Positions 1 to 10,414 of a DNA stretch of 33,685 nucleotides are shown in pieces. The stretch is from sequence record SRR2962707_1510, one strand, 5' to 3'. Positions within the stretch are counted from its first letter, which is position 1. Each line of letters begins with the position of its first letter. The notes under the pieces are model-generated. The model was not told where the DNA came from, did no database searches, and saw only the letters and a list, made by a program, of their open reading frames with translations. Made by a program: the position numbers and the translations under genes.

Positions 1-1
1 T

Positions 2-136
2 AACGAGGGGCGCAGCTACACCCTCGATTCAGATGTCTACAACATGTGGGGCGACCCGCGCCTGTTTCCGGGCAGCGGCAGCGGGCGCGAAGTCCATGTG
101 CTCCGGGGCAGCGATGCCCAGACCCAGAACTTTTGA
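2..136 (+). CDS. cpaB: 3' end of Flp pilus assembly protein CpaB/RcpC (partial, runs off left edge)
   Basis: Frame 2 is open from the edge: NEGRSYTLDSDVYNMWGDPRLFPGSGSGREVHVLRGSDAQTQNF*, TGA at 134-136. The YT.DSDV...V.V.RG tail is typical of CpaB C-termini, and it lies directly upstream of cpaC. Confidence 0.7.
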   Translation, partial: NEGRSYTLDSDVYNMWGDPRLFPGSGSGREVHVLRGSDAQTQNF

Positions 137-147
137 GGAGCCCCGCC

Positions 148-1572
148 ATGCCGCGACATTTTAACCTGATACATCTGCTCGTCATGCTGGCGATCATCGC
201 CATCACCATACTGACGGTCGGTGATGCGTGGAGCAAACCGCTGGAAGTGGTCAATCGCGGCCACCAGGAAATGGCTCTCGAAGTCCATAAGGGCAGGTTG
301 ATCAAGCTCCGCGCCGCGGCTTCGACCGTGTTCGTAGCCGATCCGGAAATTGCGGATGTGCAGATCAAAAGCCCGACCCTGGTCTATGTGCTCGGCAAGG
401 GGCCGGGTGAAACCACACTGTTTGCCGTCGACGGCCGCGAACAGGTGCTGGCCAGTATCGATCTGCATGTCAGCCACAACGTCAGCCGTATTCACCATTC
501 GATCCGCCAGCTTCATCCCGAAGCCGATATCACGGTCAGCAGCATCGGTGATGCGCTTGTGCTGGACGGGATTGTCGACAGTGCCTCCACGGCGGAAAAC
601 ATCCGGCGTGTTGCCGCCGGTGCGGTTGGTGACCCGAAGAAGGTGATGATGCGCATCGGCATTGATGCCCCGACACAGATCAATCTGCGGGTCCGGATCG
701 CCGAAGTCTCGCGCGACATCGACAAGCAGCTTGGTTTCAACTGGTCGATTGCCGGGTCGGCGGCGGGGATCGCCTTCGGTGTGGCCACGGCCAATCCGTT
801 CAATGCTTCCGTGACCCAGCACACCCTGTCGGTGTCCGGTCTTGGCATCGGCGGCTTCGATCTCAACGCGGTCATCGATGCGCTGGAGGAAGAGGGACTG
901 ATTTCCGTTCTGGCGGAACCGAACCTGACGGCGCTTTCGGGTGAGGCGGCAAGTTTTCTGGCCGGGGGAGAATTCCCGATCCTGGTGCCGGACTCGGACG
1001 GCCGGGTGACCATTGAGTTCAAGAAGTTCGGGGTTTCCCTCAGCTTCACGCCGACCCTGATGGGGCGTGACCGGGTAAACCTGCATGTCCGTCCGGAAGT
1101 CAGTCAGTTGTCGACGACCAATGCGGTGACCCTGAACAACTTCCAGATCCCGTCCCTGACCACGCGCCGCGCGGACACCACGGTTGAACTGGGATCGGGC
1201 CAGTCGTTCGCCATTGCCGGGCTGATCCAGAACAACGTGACGCATGACATATCCAAGTTTCCGGGGCTGGGCGATGTGCCGGTCCTGGGCGGCCTGTTCA
1301 AGTCAGACCGCTTCCAGCGTGAAGAAAGCGAACTCGTCATCATCGTCACACCCTATGTGGTGCGGCCGATATCGCGTCAGCGTCTGGCTGCTCCGACGGA
1401 CGGTCTTGAATATCCGCATGATGCAGAACGTATCGTCAATGGCGGCACCCATCGCCAGAAAACTTCCGCCGGTCAGCCGGTCACCATCGACCGGAATGGC
1501 GACAGCCTGATCGGTCCGGTGGGTTTTCTGCTCGAACAGCCCGCGGCTTCCGCAAAGGGAGAAACCCAATGA
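148..1572 (+). CDS. cpaC: Tad pilus secretin CpaC/RcpA
   Basis: GAGGAG RBS at 135-140 then ATG 148. Signal peptide, pilus N-domain (VFVADPEIADVQ), BON-like segment, secretin motifs LAEPNLTALSGEAASFLAGGEFP and PGLGDVPVLGGLFKS...ESELVIIVTP. Confidence 0.95.
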   Translation: MPRHFNLIHLLVMLAIIAITILTVGDAWSKPLEVVNRGHQEMALEVHKGRLIKLRAAASTVFVADPEIADVQIKSPTLVYVLGKGPGETTLFAVDGREQVLASIDLHVSHNVSRIHHSIRQLHPEADITVSSIGDALVLDGIVDSASTAENIRRVAAGAVGDPKKVMMRIGIDAPTQINLRVRIAEVSRDIDKQLGFNWSIAGSAAGIAFGVATANPFNASVTQHTLSVSGLGIGGFDLNAVIDALEEEGLISVLAEPNLTALSGEAASFLAGGEFPILVPDSDGRVTIEFKKFGVSLSFTPTLMGRDRVNLHVRPEVSQLSTTNAVTLNNFQIPSLTTRRADTTVELGSGQSFAIAGLIQNNVTHDISKFPGLGDVPVLGGLFKSDRFQREESELVIIVTPYVVRPISRQRLAAPTDGLEYPHDAERIVNGGTHRQKTSAGQPVTIDRNGDSLIGPVGFLLEQPAASAKGETQ

Positions 1573-2324
1573 TTAAATCCAAAGGTCCGTCGCGAAGGAT
1601 GAAAGGAAAGCTGGCGTTAATGCTTGGCGCACTTCTGCTCACCGCCTGCCAGACGCATCCCGAAAAACCATGGTTCGACCCGCTCAATCTGCAGGTCGAA
1701 ATGCAGCCGCGAGAGGAGAAAAGAGTTCAGGTGATCCCAAGTGAAACCTCGTTCGCCCTGCAATTCACGAACGGTGGCGCCACGATCGCCGATGCCGAAC
1801 AGCGCGCCGCGGCGGCGTTTCTGAAGCGCCGCGCGCTGGTTGAAACGGATGAGGTCTTCGTCGACTTCGGTCTGTTCGTCGATACCTCGGCACTGGCCAC
1901 GGAACGCCGCCACAACATTGCCGCGCTGGTCGGTGACGCCGGTATCGATCCGGCCCGCGTCCGGGTCCGCGCCAATATTCCCGGCATTGCAGAAAACGAA
2001 GTCAATCTGACCGTGCGGCGGTATCTGGTAACGCTGCCGGGATGCCCGGACTTCACGTCGCGAGCGGGCCGGACTTTTGACAACCGGCCGCATTCAAACT
2101 GGGGCTGTGCCACGGCCAGCAATTTCGGCCGCATGGTTGCCGAGCCGCGCGACATCATCGAAGGGCGGGGGGAAACCCTGGCTGACGGGGAAGCTGCCGT
2201 ACTCGGTATTCAGCGCTATCGCGCCGGCATGACCCGGCAACTTGCTGTGGATGACACCAATACCGCCGAAAGCCATGGCGTTCAGGGCAGTTCAGGCGGT
2301 GGTGGAAATGGAGGTGGACAATGA
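1569..2324 (+). CDS. cpaD: Pilus assembly lipoprotein CpaD/RcpB-like
   Basis: Lipobox LLTAC; C-terminal CPDF...NWGCATASNFGRMVAEPRD motif of CpaD; ATGA overlap with cpaC. The start could instead be ATG 1599. Confidence 0.9.
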   Translation: MIKSKGPSRRMKGKLALMLGALLLTACQTHPEKPWFDPLNLQVEMQPREEKRVQVIPSETSFALQFTNGGATIADAEQRAAAAFLKRRALVETDEVFVDFGLFVDTSALATERRHNIAALVGDAGIDPARVRVRANIPGIAENEVNLTVRRYLVTLPGCPDFTSRAGRTFDNRPHSNWGCATASNFGRMVAEPRDIIEGRGETLADGEAAVLGIQRYRAGMTRQLAVDDTNTAESHGVQGSSGGGGNGGGQ

Positions 2325-3592
2325 TCGCTCTTAGAAATGACACGACACCGGCGCAGGCCGGCATGAGCCACGCCTTTTTTGCGTTTGTCGCCGATCAGAA
2401 AACGGCGGACACGCTTGGCCGCGGCGCAGAGGCCGAAGGATTTGCAGGAGATGCGGTCATACAGGCCACGCTGGATCAGGCGATTGAAAGCCTGGCCGGC
2501 ATGCCGACCCCGACGGTTCTGGTGGTCGATCTCGGTGCCGAGACCGATATCATGGCCGCCGCCGGGCGGCTGGCCGAGGTCTGCGATGCCGGATCACAGG
2601 TGATCCTGTTGGGATCGGTGAATGATCTGCATGTCTACCGAGATGTCATCGCCGCCGGCGTTGCGGACTACCTGGTGAAGCCGTTTACCTATCATGACGT
2701 CGCCGCGTCCCTGCATCGTGCAAAGCCGCGCCCGCAACCGGAGCCGCAACCGCTGGCACTGGCCGCCGAAACCGGGACGGCGGTTAAAACGGAAGCCGTG
2801 GGCGTGATCGGCGTGCGGGGTGGCGTCGGGGCCAGCACCATTGCGGCAAATGCCGCCTGGTTCGCCGCCGATCAGTTCGCCAAAAAGGTGACTCTGATCG
2901 ACATGGACCTGACCTTTGGTACGCAGGCGCTGATTCTGGATGTGGATCCGGGCGGCGGTCTGGCGGATGCGATGCGTGAACCGGGCCGCATGGACGAGCT
3001 TTTCGTCAAGCGTGCGTCGGTATCGCTGGGAGAGACATTCCGGGTCATGGCATCGGAAACCGATCCGGCGCGGGGTGATCTCGCCGATGCACATGCGTTC
3101 AAGGAATTGCTGGAATTCGTCCGCGAGGACATGGACCTTGTGGTCGTCGATGTGCCGCGGGGCATTGCTGTGGCGCATCCCGAAATGATCGAAGCCTTCG
3201 CACGCATCATACTTGTTGCCGAGCCGAGCCTGGCTGCGATGCGTGACAGTGCCAGGCTGTCGGCGATGATCGGCGCGATCAATCCTGAATGCCGTGTTTG
3301 TGTCGTGCTGGGACGGCAGGGAATCTCGCCCAGGGAAGAACTTTCGGTCAAAACCTTTGAAGAAGGTTCAGGCCTCAAGGTTGCGCATTGCGTCCCGTTC
3401 GATCCGAAAACAGCGATGCGCAGCGAGGCGGAAGGGAAATGTATCCTGCAGGCGGCGCGGCGCTCCCGGCTCGGACGTGCACTGGTGCAGGTGGCGGAGC
3501 TGATGACGGGCGCAGAACAGAAACCCGCCGGCGGGCTGTTCGCCAGATTCAAGCGGACGCCGAAACCGGCCGCTCAGACAGCAGGAGCCTGA
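2321..3592 (+). CDS. cpaE: Pilus assembly protein CpaE/TadZ (atypical receiver domain plus MinD/ParA-like ATPase)
   Basis: Receiver-like N-terminus (VILLGSVNDLHVYRDVIAAGVADYLVKP), deviant P-loop GVRGGVGASTIA, LIDMDLTFGT; position in the operon. Confidence 0.92.
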   Translation: MIALRNDTTPAQAGMSHAFFAFVADQKTADTLGRGAEAEGFAGDAVIQATLDQAIESLAGMPTPTVLVVDLGAETDIMAAAGRLAEVCDAGSQVILLGSVNDLHVYRDVIAAGVADYLVKPFTYHDVAASLHRAKPRPQPEPQPLALAAETGTAVKTEAVGVIGVRGGVGASTIAANAAWFAADQFAKKVTLIDMDLTFGTQALILDVDPGGGLADAMREPGRMDELFVKRASVSLGETFRVMASETDPARGDLADAHAFKELLEFVREDMDLVVVDVPRGIAVAHPEMIEAFARIILVAEPSLAAMRDSARLSAMIGAINPECRVCVVLGRQGISPREELSVKTFEEGSGLKVAHCVPFDPKTAMRSEAEGKCILQAARRSRLGRALVQVAELMTGAEQKPAGGLFARFKRTPKPAAQTAGA

Positions 3593-3593
3593 C

Positions 3594-5230
<1,637 letters not shown>

Positions 5231-5234
<4 letters not shown>

Positions 5235-6208
5235 CCGATCTTCTCGTCATCTTTGCGGGAACGCTGGCGGCGATGATGATCATCGGTTGGCTGGCGATAA
5301 CGGTGCTCGGGCGTCAACGGCGACTGAATGCACGGGTCGAGCGGATCGGTGAGCGGGCGCGGCCGATGACCCGCGAGGAGCGGCAGATACGTCAGCTCAA
5401 ACGCAAGACGCAGACCTCGTCCCCCTTCATCGAAGGGCTGGCCCGGCATCTGCTGCCGCGCCCGCAGCAGTTGCGATACAGATTGCAGCGGACCGGATAT
5501 CAGGTTTCGCTTGGACGATATTTCCTGCTGTCTCTGGGCGTCGGCGTGGCGACGGCATTTGTCTGCCGTATCGGTATGCAGTTGCCCTGGTTCGCCATCC
5601 TCGCGGCCGGGATCGTGGCCGGGATCGGGGTGCCGCATCTGGTCGTCGGCTGGCTTGTGGCCCGGCGCGACAACAGGTTTACGGCACTGTTCCCCGATGC
5701 CATCGATCTAATGGTGCGTGGTCTGCGTTCCGGCCTGCCGGTAACGGAAACCATCGCAGCCAGCGGGCGAGAAATGAAAGAGCCGGTCGGCCCCGAATTC
5801 AGACGGATTTCCGATTCCGTGCGGCTCGGACAACCGCTTGAAGATGCGCTCTGGGATGCCGCCAAGCGTCTGGATACCGCCGAGTTCAAGTTCTTCGTGA
5901 TCAGTCTGTCGGTGCAGAAGGAAACCGGCGGCAATCTGGCGGAAACGCTCGCCAACCTCTCGGACATTCTGCGTTCACGCAAACAGATGCGGCTGAAAAT
6001 CCGTGCCATGTCCTCCGAGGCCAAGGCCAGTGCCATGATCCTCGGATCGCTGCCGTTCGTGATGTTCGGCATCATCTGGTTTCTCAGCCCCAGCTATGAA
6101 CAGGCGCTGTTCGAGGATATCCGCGGGCGGGTCATGCTGGGCGTGGCGCTCGGCCTGATGGGATCGGGCATGCTGGTGATGCGCAAGATGGTCAGGTTCG
6201 AGATATGA
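5231..6208 (+). CDS. tadB: Tad inner-membrane platform protein TadB
   Basis: FPDAIDLMVRGLRSGLP, QKETGGNLAETLANLS, IRAMSSEAKASA; GTGA overlap with cpaF. Confidence 0.95.
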
Positions 6209-6230
6209 TGAGCGGCAGGAAAACTATCCG

Positions 6231-7211
6231 ATGAGCTGGCTGACGAACTTGTTTCCCGGCATCGCGCCTGAAATGCAGGCCGCTCTGTTGTCCGGCACCG
6301 CGGTGCTGTTCGTCTTGTACGCCGTCGGGTCCTCGTTTCTTGTTCGCGACCCGATGGCGTCGCGCGCAAAGTCGCTGATGAAACACCGGCGTGCCCTGCA
6401 GGCCGGGTTGGCGGTGCCGAAAAAGAACCGTGCCCGGGCGATGTTGGAATCAGGCGGCTGGGTCCGGCGCACGGTGGAACGGCTGAACCTTTTGCGCTCC
6501 AAGCATGCGGACCGGGTGCAGTTGTCACTGGCCCGTGCGGGATGGCGGTCACGCGATCATGTGGTGTTGTACCTGTTTGCCAAGACCGTGCTGCCGTTTT
6601 TCACCGGCATTGCGAGCATACTGGTGCTGTTCGTGGTGCCGGTGATCGATCTCGATTTCAATATCCGCGCCCTGATCGCCCTCGGTGTCACGGTCGGCGG
6701 CGCATATCTGCCGGATATCCTGATCCGCAACCAGCAGGCCAAGCGCAAGCTTGCACTGTCCAAAGGGCTGCCGGATGCACTGGATCTCCTCGTGATCTGC
6801 GCCGAAGCCGGTCTGTCGCTCGATGCTGCGCTAAAGCGTGTGGCCGATGAAATGGGCCGGGGCGCACCTGAAATCGCCGATGAATTCCAGATGACGGCGA
6901 TTGAACTCAGCTATCTGCCGGATCGCCGTCAGGCGCTGGACAACCTCAACCAGCGAACCGACCTGGCGTCCATCCGTGGCGTCGTCAATACGCTGACCCA
7001 GACGGAAAAATACGGAACGCCGCTGGCACAGTCATTACGCGTGCTGTCCGCCGAATACCGTAATGAACGGATGATGAAGGCCGAGGAAAAAGCCGCCAAG
7101 CTGCCGGCAACCCTGACCGTCCCGCTGATCCTGTTTATTCTGCCGTCTCTGTTCGTGGTGCTTCTGGGGCCGGCGGTGCTGTCGACCCTCGACAACCTGA
7201 TCAATATGTAA
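6231..7211 (+). CDS. tadC: Tad inner-membrane platform protein TadC
   Basis: LPDALDLLVICAEAGLSLD, QTEKYGTPLAQSLRV, AEEKAAKLPATLTVPLILFILP. Confidence 0.95.
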   Translation: MSWLTNLFPGIAPEMQAALLSGTAVLFVLYAVGSSFLVRDPMASRAKSLMKHRRALQAGLAVPKKNRARAMLESGGWVRRTVERLNLLRSKHADRVQLSLARAGWRSRDHVVLYLFAKTVLPFFTGIASILVLFVVPVIDLDFNIRALIALGVTVGGAYLPDILIRNQQAKRKLALSKGLPDALDLLVICAEAGLSLDAALKRVADEMGRGAPEIADEFQMTAIELSYLPDRRQALDNLNQRTDLASIRGVVNTLTQTEKYGTPLAQSLRVLSAEYRNERMMKAEEKAAKLPATLTVPLILFILPSLFVVLLGPAVLSTLDNLINM

Positions 7212-7223
7212 ATGCACGCTGTC

Positions 7224-7985
7224 TCAGCGCAGGGCGCCGAATACGGCCTTGGTTCTGTCCTCGGGCGGCAAATTCCGGAGCCGCGCGTAAAAGGCGAGGT
7301 TGTTGGCGATTTCAGCCTCGCTCAGATCATTCGCGGAGACATCACGTGCCTCGGCGTCGTTTCCGGCCAGACCGTGCACCAAGGCCAGATTGTGGCGCGT
7401 GCGCGCACCGGCAGCGGGGTCTGCCGCCGCTTCGCGCAACAGCCGGATGGCATCTTCAAAGTCCCCGCTGAGCGCCAGCGACAAGCCGAGATTGTTTCTG
7501 ATCGCGAGATTGTCCGGGGTCTGTTCCATGCCGGAGATGTAGCGTTCCTGGGCTTCCTGATGCCTGCCGAGCAGATCAAGCGCGATGCCCGCACCGTTGA
7601 TCGACGTGCTGTCAGGACCAAGTTGCGAAGCCCGGTCAAAGGCGGAAAAGGCCTGTTCGTAAAGCCCGGCCTGCAGGGCGGTTTCGCCGAGCCGTTGCAG
7701 GGGGGGCGCCCATTCGGGCCGCATCTCAGCCGCGCGGCTGTAAAGCTGCATGGCGTTGACAAGATCGCCACCGGCACGCGTTGTGTCACCGACACGAACA
7801 AGCTGCTGTGCCCGGCTATCAAGGTTGTCCTGCTGGATTTCCTGCTGTGTCGGCACCTGACCGCTGCAGGCTGCAAGCATGATGGCAGACGTGAATAGGC
7901 AGCAAATCAAAGCGGCCCTCGACGTGGCGGATATGGCCGTTATGATCGGTGTTAAGCTTGTCACAGAGGTACTTTTAAATCTCAT
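7224..7985 (-). CDS. tadD: TPR lipoprotein TadD (secretin pilotin-like)
   Basis: C-terminal 253 aa of the 7224..8525 ORF: lipobox LAAC, TPR repeats (GIALDLLGRHQEAQERY, RNNLGLSLALSG, RHNLALVHGLAG). Start ATG 7985 (or GTG 7964) is inferred; the upstream part of the ORF is antisense to the MarR gene. Confidence 0.85.
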   Translation of the reverse strand: MRFKSTSVTSLTPIITAISATSRAALICCLFTSAIMLAACSGQVPTQQEIQQDNLDSRAQQLVRVGDTTRAGGDLVNAMQLYSRAAEMRPEWAPPLQRLGETALQAGLYEQAFSAFDRASQLGPDSTSINGAGIALDLLGRHQEAQERYISGMEQTPDNLAIRNNLGLSLALSGDFEDAIRLLREAAADPAAGARTRHNLALVHGLAGNDAEARDVSANDLSEAEIANNLAFYARLRNLPPEDRTKAVFGALR

Positions 7986-8030
7986 TGTAGAATAAGCTAC
8001 AGGGATCACGTTGCGGGGGAAAGTGTTCAC

Positions 8031-8483
8031 GTGTCCAAGGAATATATTGAACTGACGCTGTTGATCGAACGCCTGCACCGGCGTTTCCTCGATGTGCTCA
8101 GAACCGAACTCAAGAATCTCGGCATCCGCGACATCAACGGTGTCCAGGCGTTGATGCTGACCAACATCGGCGAAGGCGAAATCATTATCCGTGATCTGAT
8201 CGAGCGCGGCTATTATCAGGGCTCGAACGTATCCTATAACATCAAGAAGCTGACGGATTACGGATATCTTGAACAGGCGCGGGCGCAACACGACAAGCGC
8301 TCGATCACCGTCAGGCTGACCGACAAGGGAAAAGCGGTCGTTGTCGGCATACGCGCCATGGAAGAAAAGAACGGCGTCAGGTTTGAAGATGCCATTGATG
8401 ACGGGGCTGCGATCGGCGAGGCTGCAAAAATGCTCCGCAAGTTGGAACGTACCTGGGATGAGTATATAAGATACGGCGAATAG
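8031..8483 (+). CDS. MarR-family winged-helix regulator, LdtR-like
   Basis: IERLHRRFLDV...DINGVQALML.NIG...RGYYQGSNVSYNIKKL...DKRSITVRLTDKG matches the LdtR-type MarR subfamily of Alphaproteobacteria. Confidence 0.9.
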   Translation: MSKEYIELTLLIERLHRRFLDVLRTELKNLGIRDINGVQALMLTNIGEGEIIIRDLIERGYYQGSNVSYNIKKLTDYGYLEQARAQHDKRSITVRLTDKGKAVVVGIRAMEEKNGVRFEDAIDDGAAIGEAAKMLRKLERTWDEYIRYGE

Positions 8484-8525
8484 CAGACGCCACTGCATCG
8501 ATATTTCATCAAGGACTGATTTCAC

Positions 8526-9785
8526 ATGCTACTGGGATGCATTGCCGACGACTTTACCGGCGCCACCGATCTTGCCAACACCCTCGTCAAAGGGGGGATG
8601 AACACCATTCAGAGCATCGGGGTCCCAGGCCCGGAGATGGATATCGGGGAAACCGACGCCATCGTCATCGCGCTCAAGTCGCGCACCAACCCTGCCGGTG
8701 AAGCCATCGCGGAATCGCTGGAGGCGCTGGCCTGGCTGCGGGCGCGGAATGTGAAACAGGTGCTGTTCAAATACTGTTCCACGTTCGATTCCACAGATCA
8801 GGGGAATATCGGCCCCGTCGCCGATGCCTTGCTCGATGCCTTGAAATCCGACTTCACCATTGCCTGTCCGGCCTTTCCGGAAACCGGGCGGTCGATCTAC
8901 AAGGGATATCTGTTTGTCGGTGACGGGCTGTTGAACGAGTCCGGGATGGAGAACCATCCGCTCAATCCGATGACCGATGCCAATCTGGTGCGTGTTCTGC
9001 AGCGTCAGACGCCGCACAAAGTCGGGCTGGTCGAATACAAAACAGTCCGCGCCGGAGCGGATGCGATCCGTGCACGTTTCGATGAACTCAGGGCCGCCGG
9101 TATCCGTCACGCCATTGTTGACGCGGTAAGCGATCATGACCTGCTGGAAATCGGTGATGCGGCATCCGGCCTGGCCCTGATTACGGGGGGCTCCGGGATT
9201 GCACTTGGTTTGCCGGAAAACTTTCGCAAGCAGGGATACCTGGTGGATCAGTACACACCGTCGTTGCCGGGTATCAAGGGCCGCGCCGCGGTGATCGCGG
9301 GCAGTTGCTCGAAGATGACACGGACCCAGATCAACCGGACCCGGGAACTCTGGCCAAGCTTTAATGTAGACCCGCGGGCGATTGCCGACGGCAGGGATGT
9401 GGCCGGTGAAATCCTGGCCTGGGCGGGTGCACAGTCCGATACCGCGCCGATCCTGATCTATTCATCGGCGGAACCCGACGTGGTCAGCGCCATTCAATCC
9501 GAATACGGACGCGAACGTGCCGGTGAAATGGTCGAAGAAACCATGGGGCAGGTCGCCCGTGGTCTGATGGACCTTGGCGTCAACCGAATGGTCGTCGCCG
9601 GCGGTGAAACATCGGGCGCGGTGGTCAAGGCGCTGGATGTGCATGCGCTCCGGATCGGTCCGGAAATCGATCCGGGCGTGCCGTGGACGGAAGCCATCGG
9701 CGGCGTGCCGCTGGCGTTGGCGCTTAAATCCGGAAACTTCGGCGCAGAGGACTTCTTCGAGAAATCACTGGGGATGCTGCCATGA
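8526..9785 (+). CDS. otnK: 3-oxo-tetronate kinase (DUF1537/YgbK four-carbon acid-sugar kinase)
   Basis: LGCIADDFTGATDLA, ALKSRT, FKYCSTFDSTDQGNIGPV, SGMENHPLNPMTD, VAGGETSG, LALKSGNFG; adjacent to otnC. Confidence 0.92.
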   Translation: MLLGCIADDFTGATDLANTLVKGGMNTIQSIGVPGPEMDIGETDAIVIALKSRTNPAGEAIAESLEALAWLRARNVKQVLFKYCSTFDSTDQGNIGPVADALLDALKSDFTIACPAFPETGRSIYKGYLFVGDGLLNESGMENHPLNPMTDANLVRVLQRQTPHKVGLVEYKTVRAGADAIRARFDELRAAGIRHAIVDAVSDHDLLEIGDAASGLALITGGSGIALGLPENFRKQGYLVDQYTPSLPGIKGRAAVIAGSCSKMTRTQINRTRELWPSFNVDPRAIADGRDVAGEILAWAGAQSDTAPILIYSSAEPDVVSAIQSEYGRERAGEMVEETMGQVARGLMDLGVNRMVVAGGETSGAVVKALDVHALRIGPEIDPGVPWTEAIGGVPLALALKSGNFGAEDFFEKSLGMLP

Positions 9786-10414
9786 GCGAGACCGCAGCCC
9801 GTGACGAAATCGCGCGGTTCGCAAAATCGATCTATGAGCGCGGCCTGACGTTCGGCAGCTCGGGGAACATCAGTGTGCGGCTGGATGACGGCTGGTTGAT
9901 GACGCCGACCGGCGTATCCATGGGGGATATCGATCCGGCCCGGATTGCCAAGCTGGATCTGGACGGCAATCACGTATCCGGCGATAAGCCGACCAAGGAG
10001 ACCTTTCTGCATATCGCCATGTATCGTGAACGTGAAACGGCGGGGGCGGTGGTTCATCTGCATTCGACGCATTCAGTCGCGGTCAGTTGCATGGCCGATG
10101 TCGATCCGAAAAATGTCCTGCCGCCGATCACGGCATATTACGTCATGAAAATCGGGACGCTGCCGCTGGTGCCGTATTTTCCGCCGGGTGATCTTGATCT
10201 GGCCAGGGCGGTTCGTGAAATGGCCTCCGATCATCATGCCGTTCTGCTGGCCAATCACGGCCCGGTTGTTGCCGGCAAATCCCTTGCAGATGCGGTCTAC
10301 GCCACCGAAGAGCTTGAAGAAACGGCCCGGCTTTTTCTGATGCTGAAAGACGTCAAAACCCGTTTCCTGACGGATGAACAGGTAGCGGCACTCAGGGAGA
10401 AATTTTCCTCGTGA
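9782..10414 (+). CDS. otnC: 3-oxo-tetronate 4-phosphate decarboxylase (class II aldolase, YgbL-like)
   Basis: GSSGNIS, TPTG, KPTKE, VVHLHSTHS, LLANHGPVV, EELEETA; ATGA overlap with otnK. Confidence 0.9.
   Translation: MSETAARDEIARFAKSIYERGLTFGSSGNISVRLDDGWLMTPTGVSMGDIDPARIAKLDLDGNHVSGDKPTKETFLHIAMYRERETAGAVVHLHSTHSVAVSCMADVDPKNVLPPITAYYVMKIGTLPLVPYFPPGDLDLARAVREMASDHHAVLLANHGPVVAGKSLADAVYATEELEETARLFLMLKDVKTRFLTDEQVAALREKFSS

Noticed and set aside
46-147. N-terminal extension of the 508-aa secretin ORF
   Set aside because: It overlaps the cpaB 3' end in another frame; the RBS and signal peptide support ATG 148.
37-1245. 402-aa antisense ORF over cpaC, and similar long shadows at 3831-4886, 11673-12713, 16188-17327, 22198-23385 and 29349-30329
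   Set aside because: Each lies wholly opposite a well-supported gene, lacks motifs, and is expected in GC-rich DNA.
2720-2755. ccgcaaccg direct repeats in cpaE
   Set aside because: They simply encode a PQPEPQP interdomain linker.
7951-7979. Two TTAA half-sites as a possible CtrA box near the pilus genes
   Set aside because: The spacing is 19 bp, not the TTAA-N7-TTAA of a CtrA site.
7212-7985. tadD on the opposite strand as evidence of a recent inversion
   Set aside because: No flanking repeats or recombinase gene, and to my knowledge a convergent TPR gene after tadC occurs in other alphaproteobacterial tad loci.
7986-8525. N-terminal 180 aa of the 433-aa minus-strand ORF (apparent long TadD)
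   Set aside because: It is the antisense shadow of the MarR gene; the lipobox places the real TadD start near 7985.
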